From Octopus vulgaris (taxonomy: Eukaryota), in contig OX597818.1 of NCBI GenBank assembly GCA_951406725.2, positions 68,324,001 through 68,388,000 of the forward strand: a DNA stretch of 64,000 nucleotides, given 5' to 3'. Positions 27,690 to 40,439 of the stretch are shown here, piece after piece. The notes under the pieces were generated by a model. It saw only the letters and a program-made list of their open reading frames with translations. It did not search any database and was not told the origin of the DNA. How positions within the stretch are numbered: the stretch's first letter is position 1; every line of letters starts with the position of its first letter. The translations under genes were made by a program, and so were the position numbers.

Positions 27690-29600
27690 GGGATTAATCT
27701 CTAACATAAATTTTGAGGTCATCCAAGAATAACATGTGGTTGACTTTTTGTTGGCGGCTCTTTGCTCTCTTCAGAGTCAGTGTTAGTAATATCATGTACA
27801 GTACAAAGATTAGTGGGGACAGGCAGTCTTCTTGGAAGATTCCTCTCTTGATTTTTTTGGCCCTAAACGTCTTCCATATGCTGTCAGTTCCGTCCTCTAC
27901 TTTGCTATACATTTTCCAAGCAATCGCTCAGCATTCGATGCAATACCAAATAGGTTCATACATTCCATAATCCAAGAATGTGGGATCATATCGTACGCCT
28001 TACGATAATCGATCCAGTCTCTTAGTACAGTTTTGTCTACCAGAAGTACCTCTGCACTTACGCTTGCAAACATTCTGCTCATGTGGCAGGACTCCATTTT
28101 TTCCAGATGTCCGTACATTGGTTTTGAGACTATTTCAATCAATAATTTCCACGTAAGCAGGATATTGGCCTGTAATTGTTTACCGTATTGCCTTTTCCGA
28201 TGCTTTTCAAGCACAGCACTCTCCTACCCATTGTCAACCACTCTTGGTCGGAATTTAACAACGTGTTAGGTTATGCAGCTATTCGTGCATGACATTCGCT
28301 AAAACTTTCGATCCAGTAGCCTTGTCTCAGGGCCTTCTAGTTGCCCATCTTTTTGCTGATTTCCTTCACTTCCTTAATTGAAATGACTAGTTTGGCTTGT
28401 TTTGGACAGACTACTGTTTGTCTCAGTTCTTGCAACCATTCTGCATCCTTCTTGTGCTCATTGTCTTTGCTCCAGATCTCACCCGAAAACCTTTCACTTT
28501 CAATGTTATCTGGTATCAACATTTCATCTGTACACTCTCCATTTATTTCTCTGTAGAATCTCTTCTGATCTACTCTGAATAATCTAGTCTGCTGGTATCC
28601 CTTCATTCTTTGGTCGAATCCTACCATCTTTACTTTCGTTGTAATGAGGCGCTGTTTCAGTCCCTCCATTACCACCTTAAATCCCTTTCCTTCAATATCA
28701 TACTCCCTGTTCAGTGACTTGTATTTCTGTTCGCTTTTAAGCTCCCCCTTCTCTTTAATGTCTAACACAGAAATGTCCTTCGAGAGCATATTTAACCCCG
28801 CCTTTATTCTTCTTTCCCACCATCGATATTTTCTTTTGTCAATCCCATTACATTTCTTTTTCTTGACATCGACACCCACATTTTCTGCTACAACAATACT
28901 TGCTACCTTGATCAAATTATTTCAGAATTTCATTCACATTTTTCGCTTCTTGGTTCAATTTCCACCGATCAACCTTTTAAAGGTTGCAAATAATGACGGT
29001 ATCATTCTCCTGTAGACCTGACTTTATTCTCTCGTAGATTGCCTTTTGCCCATTTGCCATGTCACCATTAGTTTTATTGTTTTATTTATGTCTCTCATCG
29101 AGCAAGCCATCACTGTTCATATCCTGTGGTTTATTAGAGATCTCACTACTGTTTTTCTGCTCTGAGATTAGTTTTATCAGTAGGGACTGTATTTTCATCC
29201 TTTCCTCTGCTGCTGTTTTCCAATACCCGTCTTTTGATAGCTTCGAGCACTACTTCTGTACCAGCGATTTTTTCATATTGCTCTAACTTGATCACATAAT
29301 CTCTGTTCTGTGAGCGGAAACAATCCTCTTTCCGTTGATCATACATACGTTGTTGGTATCCGCTAATATGAACACGATTTTCATCTACAGGGTTGCTCAG
29401 GTAGTATCACACCCTGACCACAGCATTGACTGACTTGTTTGTTCCATCTACGCCGTGTGTGCTGATCCCTTGCTGGATAACGATAGGCTGGAGTCGGACC
29501 AGTATCTCTGAGCCTGCCGGGTGCAGCACTGTCACCACCAACGGCTTCAGCTTCATTACCACCGTTATTCACTATATTTTGCTTTTTCATTGTCCCTCAT
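27690..29600 (-). mobile_element. R4/Dong-clade non-LTR retrotransposon, 3'-truncated and decayed
   Basis: RT motifs 'WIDYRKAYDMIPHSWI', 'RGIFQEDCLSPLIF', 'VNHMLFLDDLKIY'; N-terminal 'QTRLFRVDQKRFY'. Confidence 0.9.
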
Positions 29601-29847
29601 ATGAGGTAGCAATCATCAGGTTCCACAATTATCAGTGTTTTTATTGTGACAGCATCACAAGATGTACAATCAATCAGAGCATAGGGAGATACCAACTGCT
29701 TCCTTTCATTATTATTGTTATTATCATTGATACTATCATTTTGATTAATTTTACTATATGTCATTGTAAATATTTCCTCTAATCAAACATGAGTTTTTGC
29801 TAGATGATTATTATTATTATTATTGTCGTTGCTATTATTATTATTAC

Positions 29848-29908
<61 letters not shown>

Positions 29909-30335
29909 GAGTGAGAGAGCAGTTCATGCCATCAAAGTGACACTGGGGTAAAATATATGAAGCCCAATATACCCATCCTGACTACCCGTCTGATAAGGGT
30001 ACAATAGGCACATGCATCACAACCATATGTGCGCGACATGGTGATCTCATATCAAGACAAACAGCACATGATCTTGCAGGTGGGGCCCAGTTAGAATTTT
30101 CTTCAGGTTGAGTAGCCCATCCCGCTCAAAAGGTCCCTGAATAAAGGTTTGTTTAAGGATTTTTAACGAACCACCCATGTTTCCAGAGGTGAATTATTCA
30201 AACCCCAAAGAATCCCTCTCAACACATGGCTACGATGCTCCCCCACTACTTCTGCTCGTGATCAGAGACGCACATATCGTCAGCCTCTAAGGGACATGCT
30301 CAACTGGTTAAGGTCATGCAACTGACAAGCAAATC
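29909..30335 (-). mobile_element. Repeat family 4
   Basis: Reverse complement of 19500-20012; abuts (ATT)n at 29805-29908. Confidence 0.82.
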
Positions 30336-30436
30336 TTAAACTCAGAACGTTGCGACGGGCGAAATACTGCTAAGCATCTCGTCCAGCATACTAACGCTTC
30401 TGCCAGCTCGCAGATTTAATAATGATAATAATAATA

Positions 30437-30493
<57 letters not shown>

Positions 30494-30539
30494 TTCAGAA
30501 ATTCAAAGGTTCAACGATGTGAACATCTGCATATATATA

Positions 30540-30573
<34 letters not shown>

Positions 30574-30901
30574 AAATGGTTTAGTTTCAACCTTTGTCTT
30601 GCACTTGAGATAATTATAAATATGTGAGAGTTGAAGGGAATAGTAGGAGGAAGAGTACCAGCTTGTTGAAGAGACCAAATTCTACAGGTCTGTAAATAGA
30701 TTCGGCAGATGGTGAGGAGGTCAGCAAGGGACATTCCTGTGCGATAAGGAGACAAAAGAGACTTCACACCTCTCGGGGGTCATCAGAATTTAAATATGTT
30801 TACTACTACTCGCGATCAATGAGAGCGCTGACCTTGGCCTTGAAAAGAAGCAATTCACTTTGTTTTATTTTCAATTACTGATAGAAAATAATAATAATAA
30901 T

Positions 30902-30954
<53 letters not shown>

Positions 30955-31509
30955 GAAGAAGAAGAAGAAGAAGAACAATATATATATATATATTGTTGTA
31001 TTTCGGAATGGTCATTTTGCCAGTTTAGCCAATAAAAACGCACCCACTATATATTTGGTGTTAATTTGCTTCAGTGTTATTTATTTTTTACATTAATCTT
31101 AATCTTATTTCGGCCAAAGTTCTTTCGTCACACTCCTGTGACCGCATCAGTGGTCCTTTGTTTTCTTCTTTCTTATTTGTGTCTCTCCTTACTAACCGTC
31201 AGCCATTTTGTATTTCTATTGTATGTCTTCATTTGCGCATGCGTATATCTCTATGTGCGTCTATGTTTATTTAGTGTGTGTATGTGGGGGGGATGCCTGT
31301 AATATTTGTATCTTCTGTTTATATATGTTCGTATTTTGTTTTTTGTTTTTGTTGTTTTTGTTTATTCTTATTTTGTTCATGTGTTTACATCCACTTATTA
31401 TTATCATTACATATGCTTGTATGTATGTATGTATGTATGTATGTATAACAACAATACTAGTAATAATAATAATAAATCGAAACGAAAAAAAATCGAATCG
31501 AATCGATTG

Positions 31510-31853
31510 ATTCAGTGAATGGAACAACCTGCTCATGAAATTAACGTGCAAGTGCCCGAGTATTCCACAGACACGTGTGCCTTTAACGTAGTTCTCGGGG
31601 AGATTCAGCGTGACACAGTGTATGAGGAGGCTGGCCCTTTGAAATACTGATACAACAGTAACAGGAAGAAAGAGTGCGAGAAAGATGTGGTGACAGAGTA
31701 CAGCAGGGTTCGCCACCCACTCGTCTGCCGGAGCCTCGTGGAGCTTTAAGTGTCTTCGCTCAATAAACACTCAGAACGACCGGTCTGGGAATCGAAACCA
31801 CGATCCCACGACCGCGAGTCCGCTGCCCTAACCACTGGGCCATTGCACCTCCA
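31510..31853 (-). mobile_element. SINE family 3 (tRNA head tggaggtgcaatggcccagtggttaggg)
   Basis: A/B boxes on the minus strand; homologous to 40905-41263. Confidence 0.85.
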
Positions 31854-31937
31854 CATCAATCATATACAACGGGGTCGACATAATAGGCTTCCCTCTTCCC
31901 TTAAAAACTGCTAGCCTAGTATAAAAATTTTAAACCA

Positions 31938-32415
31938 TTATCGTCATCATCATCATCGTCGTCGTTGTCGTCGTCGTCGTCGTCGTCATCATCATCATCA
32001 TCATCATCTTCATCATCATCAACATCATCATCATCGTCGTCGTCGTCGTCATCATCCCCATCATCATCATCATCATCATCATCATCATTATCATCATCAT
32101 CATCTTCATCATCATCAACATCATCATCATCGTCGTCGTCGTCGTCATCATCCCCATCATCATCATCATTATCATCATCATCATCTTCATCATCATCAAC
32201 ATCATCATCATCATCATCATCATCGTCGTCATCATCATCATCATCATCGCCGTCGTCCTTGTCATCGTCATCATCATCATCATCATCGTCGTCGTCATCA
32301 TCATCATCATCTTCATCATCATCAACATCATCATCATCATCATCATCATCGTCGTCGTCATCATCATCATCATCGTCGTCGTCCTTGTCGTCGTCATCAT
32401 CATCATTACTACTAC
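31938..32415. repeat. (CAT/CGT)n compound trinucleotide repeat
   Basis: Direct reading. Confidence 0.97.
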
Positions 32416-32706
32416 TATTGTACGTGCTTCTCTCTTATCATTAGTTTGAGATAATGGTAAACATGGACGCGTTTTAAATCCGTTTGCTTCAAGTACACAT
32501 AACCCATTCATTAATAATAGTCCACTTCACCGTGATGCAAACAAATGGTTGAGAAGAATAAGTCGAGATGCAGTGACAAGGTGAGGTTAAGTATCAGTCA
32601 CCAGGTTAAAGATGGACGACGTAAGCAATGTCAATATTTAATTATATATGTATTATATATGTATGTATCTATATGTAATTCTATAAATTTGTATGCTTTT
32701 GTGTGC

Positions 32707-32746
<40 letters not shown>

Positions 32747-32790
32747 AGATACGCATGTATTCAAATATGTATGTGTATGTATAAATATAT

Positions 32791-32821
<31 letters not shown>

Positions 32822-32845
32822 TACATAAATATATATATATATACA

Positions 32846-32893
<48 letters not shown>

Positions 32894-32916
32894 TACATAT
32901 ATATATATACATATAT

Positions 32917-32954
<38 letters not shown>

Positions 32955-33046
32955 GTGTTATATATATATACATATACACACACAAACATAAGTATTCACT
33001 TACGTATATAGGGATGTAAAACTGTATCTATTTATATATATATATA

Positions 33047-34095
33047 CTAGCAGAGATACCCGGCGTAGCCCGGTTACATTCAATTGAAGAATTAGACTTT
33101 TCTGTTATATTTTTTGAATGAACTAGAATATCTATGTTTCGAATTTCATCAAAATTGCAGATGAGGGTTATTTCCCTCTTTACACACCCTAAAAAAATTG
33201 TTATCGTGCCACATGGAAACCAAAAGACGAATGATCACAATAAGCAGTCAGTTACCCTACCCTAGTCGTTACCACTCCCAATGTAGGATTCCTCACCATC
33301 CAGGTGACAGGCACAGCCGTAAGATGCATTACGAATCTATAGCGATTGGAAGAGCGTGACCCAACCGAAATCAACATTAACAGCTGTGTGACGTGAGGGC
33401 AAAGGAGAAATTTAAGTGTCACCTCTGGAGTTTGCAAATGACCACTATACTGATACGTAACTGGACAGAATGAATTTAAAATCTATAAATGTCTTTGAAT
33501 AACCAGTCACTCATCTGGGAAGGCCTTGTAATCAATATTACAATCTGGGGACTATGTGTGACCGAGTGATAATAAAAAGACTGAAAGGAGGTCTGCAATC
33601 AAATAACTTTACTCAACACTTTGCAACTGAATCAGTGGAGACAAAGATGCTTCTCATTTACTTAACAATTTATGCACCACGTTGCAGAAATCACAATGTA
33701 AGTGTATGTCAAAGCAAACTGTTACACTGTTGTACCATTGAATTAGAAATAATGCCCAACTTTTATGCTCGGGTAACCCTACAGCTTCCAAGAGCACAAC
33801 TGTATTCGTTTTTGCTTAGATAAAATGACAAAATTGTGGGTGTTAAGTCCCCATGGAGGGGTTTTTCTAACTTTGTAAGAAGATGAAAAATTATAAATAT
33901 TACTTCATTTGTGTCTAATATGTATGGTTAAAATGTCATCAACAGCAAAAATATATGAATTGTCATGGGGGTTATGGCCCTTATGCGTAGAATAAAATTT
34001 CCAAATTTCATAAAGATCCATTCAGTACTTTTAACCTAGTTTTGGATCATAAAAGAAATGACTAAAATTTGGGAGTTAAGGCTCCCATTAGGTGT

Positions 34096-34187
<92 letters not shown>

Positions 34188-34190
34188 TAG
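33047..34190 (-). mobile_element. Non-autonomous Helitron-like element
   Basis: One end is actagcagagatacccggcgtagcccgg (CTAG + GC hairpin); the other reads TCTATATATA.. on the minus strand; sits in TA repeats. Confidence 0.6.
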
Positions 34191-34236
34191 ATAGATAGAT
34201 AGATATATAGATAGATAGATATATATATAGATATAG

Positions 34237-34291
<55 letters not shown>

Positions 34292-34555
34292 AAAATAAAT
34301 TGATAGATACAACTGAGTGGGCAAACAAGAATATGAGACACAGCCTAGTGCTTTTTTATATTGATAAGTCTAGTACTTATTCTATTAGTTTGTTCTTGTG
34401 AAACCAGTAAGTTTAATGGTTGTAAATAAATGAACAGCAGTTGTGAAGCAGTGATCAGGGCGAAACACAGACACAAAGACACACACATACACTTACATAT
34501 ATACATATATATACGATTGATTTGTTTCAGTTCCTGTCTACGAAATCCATATATA

Positions 34556-37248
34556 TTGTTCTTGGCATCCTTTTTGTCTCGGAGACAATGGAGTTGCGCA
34601 TAAAATAATCTAGTCCGGCTTTTACATTTCATGTCCTAATACGTCTCCTGCTGTGGCTGTGTAGTCCTATCCTGGACAAACACTCCCTCTGGCAGGTGCC
34701 GCAAATGTAGCGAAGACTTTGCCTGGCTGATTGTAATGTCATACTTTCTTGTTGACGTCTTTTCTTGTCTTTCCATTTCTCCTCTCCCTCTATATCCTGC
34801 CTTTGTGTTCCCACTTTTACGGTATGTCTCCAATCTCCATGGTTGCTGGCAACTGCTTCCCTGTTGGTAATATTGATGTTGCAGGCATTCATGTCCCTTT
34901 TGCAAACATCCTTGTATCGTAAGAACGGTTTTTCCACAGACCTAGTGCCCCTAGCAAGCTCTCCGTTGAGTATGTCCTTGGGGATTCTGCCATCTTCCAT
35001 ACGGCTAACATGTCCAAGCCATCTCATACGTCTTTGTGTGAGGAGTGCAAACATGCTTGGTATTCCTGCTTGCTTCAGGACATCTTTGTTTGGGACATGA
35101 TTCTGCCATTTGATGCGAAGGATTTTCCGGAGGCAGCGTAGGTGAAAGATATTTAGGCGACGTATGGCGTCGTATGGGATGTGTATGGCGTCCAAGTCTC
35201 ACTTCCATACAGTAGAGTGCTAAGTACACATGCCTGGTAAATCTTCATTTTTGTGGTCTTGATCAGCTTATTGTTGTCCCCTGCCCGTTTGGAGATTGGT
35301 CCATCACAGAAGCTGCCTTGCCAATGCGTATATTGAGCTCAGTATCAAGGGATAGGTTGTAGGTGACGGTAGAGCCAAGATAGGTAAACTTCTCCACCTC
35401 CTGTAGTCTGTGGTCTCCAATATGTATGTTTGGGATGGTAAATGTAGCCTGACCCATTATGTTGGTCTTCTTGAGGCTGATAAATAAGCCAAAGTTGCCA
35501 CATGCTTGCTCAAAACAGTTGATGGGCCTTTGTAGGGTTTCTTCTGTGTGTGATACCAGAGCGGCATCATCAGCAAATAGCATCTCCTCGATCAGGATGC
35601 TTCTGATTTTGGTCTTGGCATGCAGGCGCGAGAGATTGAACAGTTTCCCGTCACTTCTACTGTGCAGAAACACTCCATCATCTGATGTCTCAAAGGCATG
35701 TGACAGCAGCAGCGAGAAGAAGATGCCAAATAATGTAGGAGCAAAGACACAACCTTGCTTTACCCCGTTTTTTATTTGGAAGGCGGCTGATGTTGAACCA
35801 TTGTGCTGTATGGTGCCTTGCCTATCATCATGGAAAGATGTGATGATCCTCAGCAGCTTTGGTGGACATCCGATTTTTTGGAGCAGGGTGAAGTGGCCTG
35901 TTCTGCTTACCGAGTCAAAGGCCTTTGTCAGTTCAACGAAGGCCATATATAATGGTATTTTCTGCTCTCTGGACATCTCCTGAAGTTGGCGTATGGAGAA
36001 TATGTCAATAGTTGATCTGCTTATTCTAAAGCCACATTACGATTCTGGATAAATTCGAGAAGCAAGCAGTTGCAGCCTGGAAGGATAATGCGAGCAGAGG
36101 CCTTTCCAACAGTGCTTAGAAGAGATATTCCACGGTAATTGTTACAATCACCACGGTCACCTTCGTTTTTGTTAAGCGTAATGATGTTAGCATCCCGCAT
36201 ATCCTGAGGGACTGTACTCTCTACCCAGCACTGACACAGAAGCTCATGAATGTGCCGAAGCAGGATGGTGTTTTTGCCGGTTTTGATGATGTCTAAGAGG
36301 ATGCCGTCGTTTCCCGGATCCTTGTTACTTGCTAGGGAGTCAATAGCCTTGGTGAGCTCTGATATAGATGGCAGACTGTCAAGTTCACACATGACTGGCA
36401 AGATCTTGACACCCTCGATTGCAGCCTCAGCTACCATGGTCTCTCTTCACCCATCTATCCATTTGCTTGCTTTGGTCCTTGATGAGATCCCCAGTGATTG
36501 ATTCCAGAGGGGCTGACTTGGTTGTGGATGGACTGAGGGCCTTCTTCAAACCGGCATACATCCCACGGGTGTCGCCACTGTCAGCAGCTGACTGGATAGT
36601 CTGACAGATTTCCTGCCAATACCTATTTGCACAGCGTCTGACAGCCAGTTGGGGCTTTATTTCTTGCTTTCTGAGTTCTTCAAATGACTTTATAGAAGAA
36701 TCACTCTTGCATTACATACGAGCTGCACGCTTTGTTTCGATAACCGTTTCCAGCTCTGAGAGCCCAGCACTGAACAAAATCTGGGTTTTGCCTTTCTCTC
36801 ATGCCGAAAATATCTATTGATGTGGTATACAAAGCTTCCCTGATATAATTCCACCTACTTTCAGCAGAGAAGGATGGGCAGCTACTGAGGGCAACTTTGA
36901 TAGAGACAGCAAAACATTGTCGCAGTGTAGGGTCGGAGGTTCTGACAGTGTTAATGCGTGGTCGGCCCATTTTCTTGAAGTGATGGACTTTTTAGGCAGA
37001 ATCCTCACCCTGCTTCTTATTAGTGAATGATCTGTGTCACAATCCGCGCTGTGGTAACTACGAGTCAGTTGAACAGAATTCAGAAAGGATCTTCGTGTAA
37101 TGATGAGATCCAGCTGACGCCAGTGATGTCTCCAAGATGCCTTGTGGGATGTCTTGTTGGCAAAGAAATTGTTAGTGATGCATAGGTTATGGTATGTGCA
37201 AAATCCAAGTAGTCTCTGGCCATTGTCATTCATGTTACCAATACCAAA
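34556..37248 (-). mobile_element. RTE-clade LINE (APE fragment + RT + CCHH tail), 5'-truncated and frameshifted
   Basis: APE 'NGQRLL..LDLIITRR..ADCDTDH'; RT 'NNYRGISLL', 'KAFDSV', 'GVKQGCVFAPTLF', 'MLFADD', 'FTYLGS'; tail 'CGTCQRECLSRIGLHSH'. Confidence 0.95.
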
Positions 37249-37328
37249 ACACATACACTTACCTATATACATACATATTTATACGATCGATTTCTTTCAG
37301 TTCCTGTCTGCGAAATCCATATATATAT

Positions 37329-38333
37329 ACTAGCATTATGACCCGTCGTTGCCGGATCATAGTGCTAGTGCATGTATATATGTGTATATATATGTGTACA
37401 TATTACATGTACATCTATATATATACATCTACACATAAAATACAAAGTACAAAGTTATATCTTGATATCGCTAGTGATAACAATGCTCAAAATATATAAC
37501 AGACTGGAATTGTAAGCCCGTCTCTTGCAATTTCGATCAATTGTATCTTGTCCTCCCTCTTGTATAGACGTGTGGCTAAAATCCAGCCCACATCTACTGT
37601 TTAGGCGAAGGGGAATTTATAATTTTTATCCGGGACGTCCTACGTCCCAGATATAAAGGCAAAAATAAAATATTTCCACTTTGCAAGTTTGAGTCGAGTA
37701 CTCCCTTGCACGCTCCGTTGACTCGAACCGTGCTTCTATTGTGGCGAATTTACTGCCTCTGGTTAGATATCTTTCATAGTCGCACCAAGACACTTTTCGA
37801 AGGTGCTTTCCTCCAGGTGTTCAAATCTTCTTTTTCCTCTACATTGTATACTTTATAGACAATAGTCTTTTCTTTAATTTAATTTTTTATTATCCATCTG
37901 GACTATTCCATTTCTGCACGCTAATTTTATTTTTAATTTATTCTCATTCATGTGAAACCACTTATTCAAGTTCAAGTCATTGATGCAATTTTATACCAAT
38001 TGCTATTTTTACTTTTGTTATGTTACAATTATATTATACTTTAGTTTGATTTTAATTATTATTTACTACATATAATTCAATTGTTATTATTATTTTTATT
38101 GTTAAACTGAAAGTATCTGACATAAAATAGAGAAACGTTTTTGTTTCACTTTTAACACGTAATACTGAAATAGTGGAGAAGATATGATATTGCTATGGGC
38201 TCGCTCTATGCAAGAAGTTGAACATTTTTTTGCCCATGAAACTACATGGACCCTAAGTAAGGCATGTGTAAAATTTGAATGAAACACACAGACAGACGGA
38301 CACACATTCTCAGTTTTATATATATATAGAGAT
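37329..38333 (-). mobile_element. Non-autonomous Helitron-like element
   Basis: Minus-strand 5' end TCTCTATATATATATAAAA; 3' end has a hairpin terminating in CTAG at 37330-37368. Confidence 0.65.
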
Positions 38334-38339
38334 AACATA

Positions 38340-38960
38340 CAACAAAATCGGAAACGTCAACCCTATCCAACAGTGCAACCATACGTTCAATCAAAACTGC
38401 TTCCTAAGCAGGAAAATTCTATTTTAGCCATGTTGAACCTGACAAAAGAGTTATGAAAATAACATTTTAGCCATCACTCAATACTATCCGATGTTATTAC
38501 CCCAGTGCACCCCCACCGCCACATTCCTGTCACTAACACACAATCAGAAAAAAGTCTCCTGCAACAGTCAAATCCTGCCAATGCACAAAACAGAAGATCC
38601 AATTCATTGAGGATTTGGTTGGTAACCATCCACAAAGAAACAACTGAGAAGTGAGCCATTGAGAAAATCAAACTCAACCCCAAAGTGTTTTTCTCTCTTG
38701 CAACTGTCTCCATTGTTGGTCCTCAAATTAATGAAAGTGTCTATCTCCAAGATAATGCCAAATCCATGAGTGAGATTAGGCAGAAACATTGCTGTTCTGT
38801 TTTCAGCAATCCTGATATGGCCGATCTGGACTTTATCAGTGATGTTAATCATCAACACACTATACCGGACAAAAATTTTGGTGCCCCTGATGTCGTCTTA
38901 GCGACAATAAACAAAATTAAACACAATTCAGCAGCTCTAAATGGCTAAACACGACAATCT
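38340..38960 (+). mobile_element. CR1/Jockey-group LINE relic (EN-RT linker)
   Basis: 'AIEKIKLNPKVFFS...CSVFSNP...INKIKHNSAA'. Confidence 0.6.
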
Positions 38961-38984
38961 CACACAATCCCTACCCACCACTCT

Positions 38985-39033
<49 letters not shown>

Positions 39034-39317
39034 TTCTGCTCACATCGAACCCCAATCCATTTTCTTTCTACAAAAACATCTATATATATATATAGATATG
39101 TGCGTGTGTGTGTGGGCGTATGTATATATACACGTATATATATACATATATATATATATACATATATATTTATGTTTATATAAATGTGCGTACATATATA
39201 TATATGAATAAATCATATGTATATATATATGTATATACATATGTATATATATATGTATATACATATGTATATATATATATGTATATATATGTATATATAT
39301 ACATGTATATATATATG

Positions 39318-39403
<86 letters not shown>

Positions 39404-39601
39404 AGCACACACACACATATACTCTGAACTCTACAAGTTGTTTTCATCCTCTCTCTGTTTATTTCCTCTTATACCTTTCTGTTGAAGAGCGTACGCAGCA
39501 AGCGTAAAACACTTTTCCATTCTCCCGAGCGTGAACCTAATACACTTGCTAATTGTTCATACACCTGTATTCCTCTTTCGTTTTTCTATAAATTTCAGCT
39601 A

Positions 39602-39656
<55 letters not shown>

Positions 39657-39916
39657 GTACACACACACACGCACACACACACACATATACATATATATCA
39701 TGTATGCACACAGACATCGTTCCTGAAGAGGAAGACTTCAACCTCATATCGTTGGTTCGCACAAAACATTTATAGTTTTTACCCTAAACTGATTCCTATA
39801 AAATTTTATTTTATTTTCTCTTTAATTTTAATCTGTCGCCTTCCATATCAGATAAACGACCAACAAACTCCTACGTTTTTCCATTTCCTTCTATTGTTAT
39901 TTTTATTCACAACCTT

Positions 39917-40157
39917 TTCCTTCTTCTTCTTCTTTTTCTTCTTCTTCTTCTTCTTCTTCTTCTTCTTCTTCTTCTTCTTCTTCTTCTTTTTCTTCTTCTT
40001 CTTCTTCTTCTTCTTCTTCTTTTTCTTCTTCTTCTTCTCCATCTTCTTCTTCTTCTTCTTCTTCTCCTTCTTCTTCTTCTTCTTCTCCATCTTCTCCTTC
40101 TTCTTCTTCTTCTTCTTCTTCTTCTTCTTCTTCTTCTTCTTCTTCTTCTTCTTCTTT
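39917..40157. repeat. (TTC)n microsatellite
   Basis: Direct reading. Confidence 0.98.
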
Positions 40158-40439
40158 TGTATTTCCCTTCTCCTCATCTTTCTCTTCCTTCTCCAATTCT
40201 TTTCCATTCATCTTAACTTCTCACTTCTTTTTCCTTATTATTTCTTCCCTTTCTCCCTTTCCATCTCTTCTTTCTCTTCCCCATCCCCCCTTCCTTCTGC
40301 TTCACACTTCCTCCTCCCCATCCTGTTCCTCCACCCTTCTTCCTCCACCTCCTCCATCTTTTTGTTATTATTATTATTATCATCCCATTGTTGTTTACTC
40401 TACATTTCAATATGTTTTATTGTTGAACCAACATTATCA

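Noticed and set aside
30600-32570. Weak CNBD-like ('LHHGEVD..LKQTDLKRV', ~32.5 kb) and S1-like ('LNSDDPREV*SLFCLL', ~30.8 kb) fragments
   Set aside because: Too short to list as features; used only as tentative placeholders for modules D3 and D4.
39720-39770. cctgaagagg..cctc hammerhead-like motif
   Set aside because: GAAA is absent (atat) and stem I is unconvincing.
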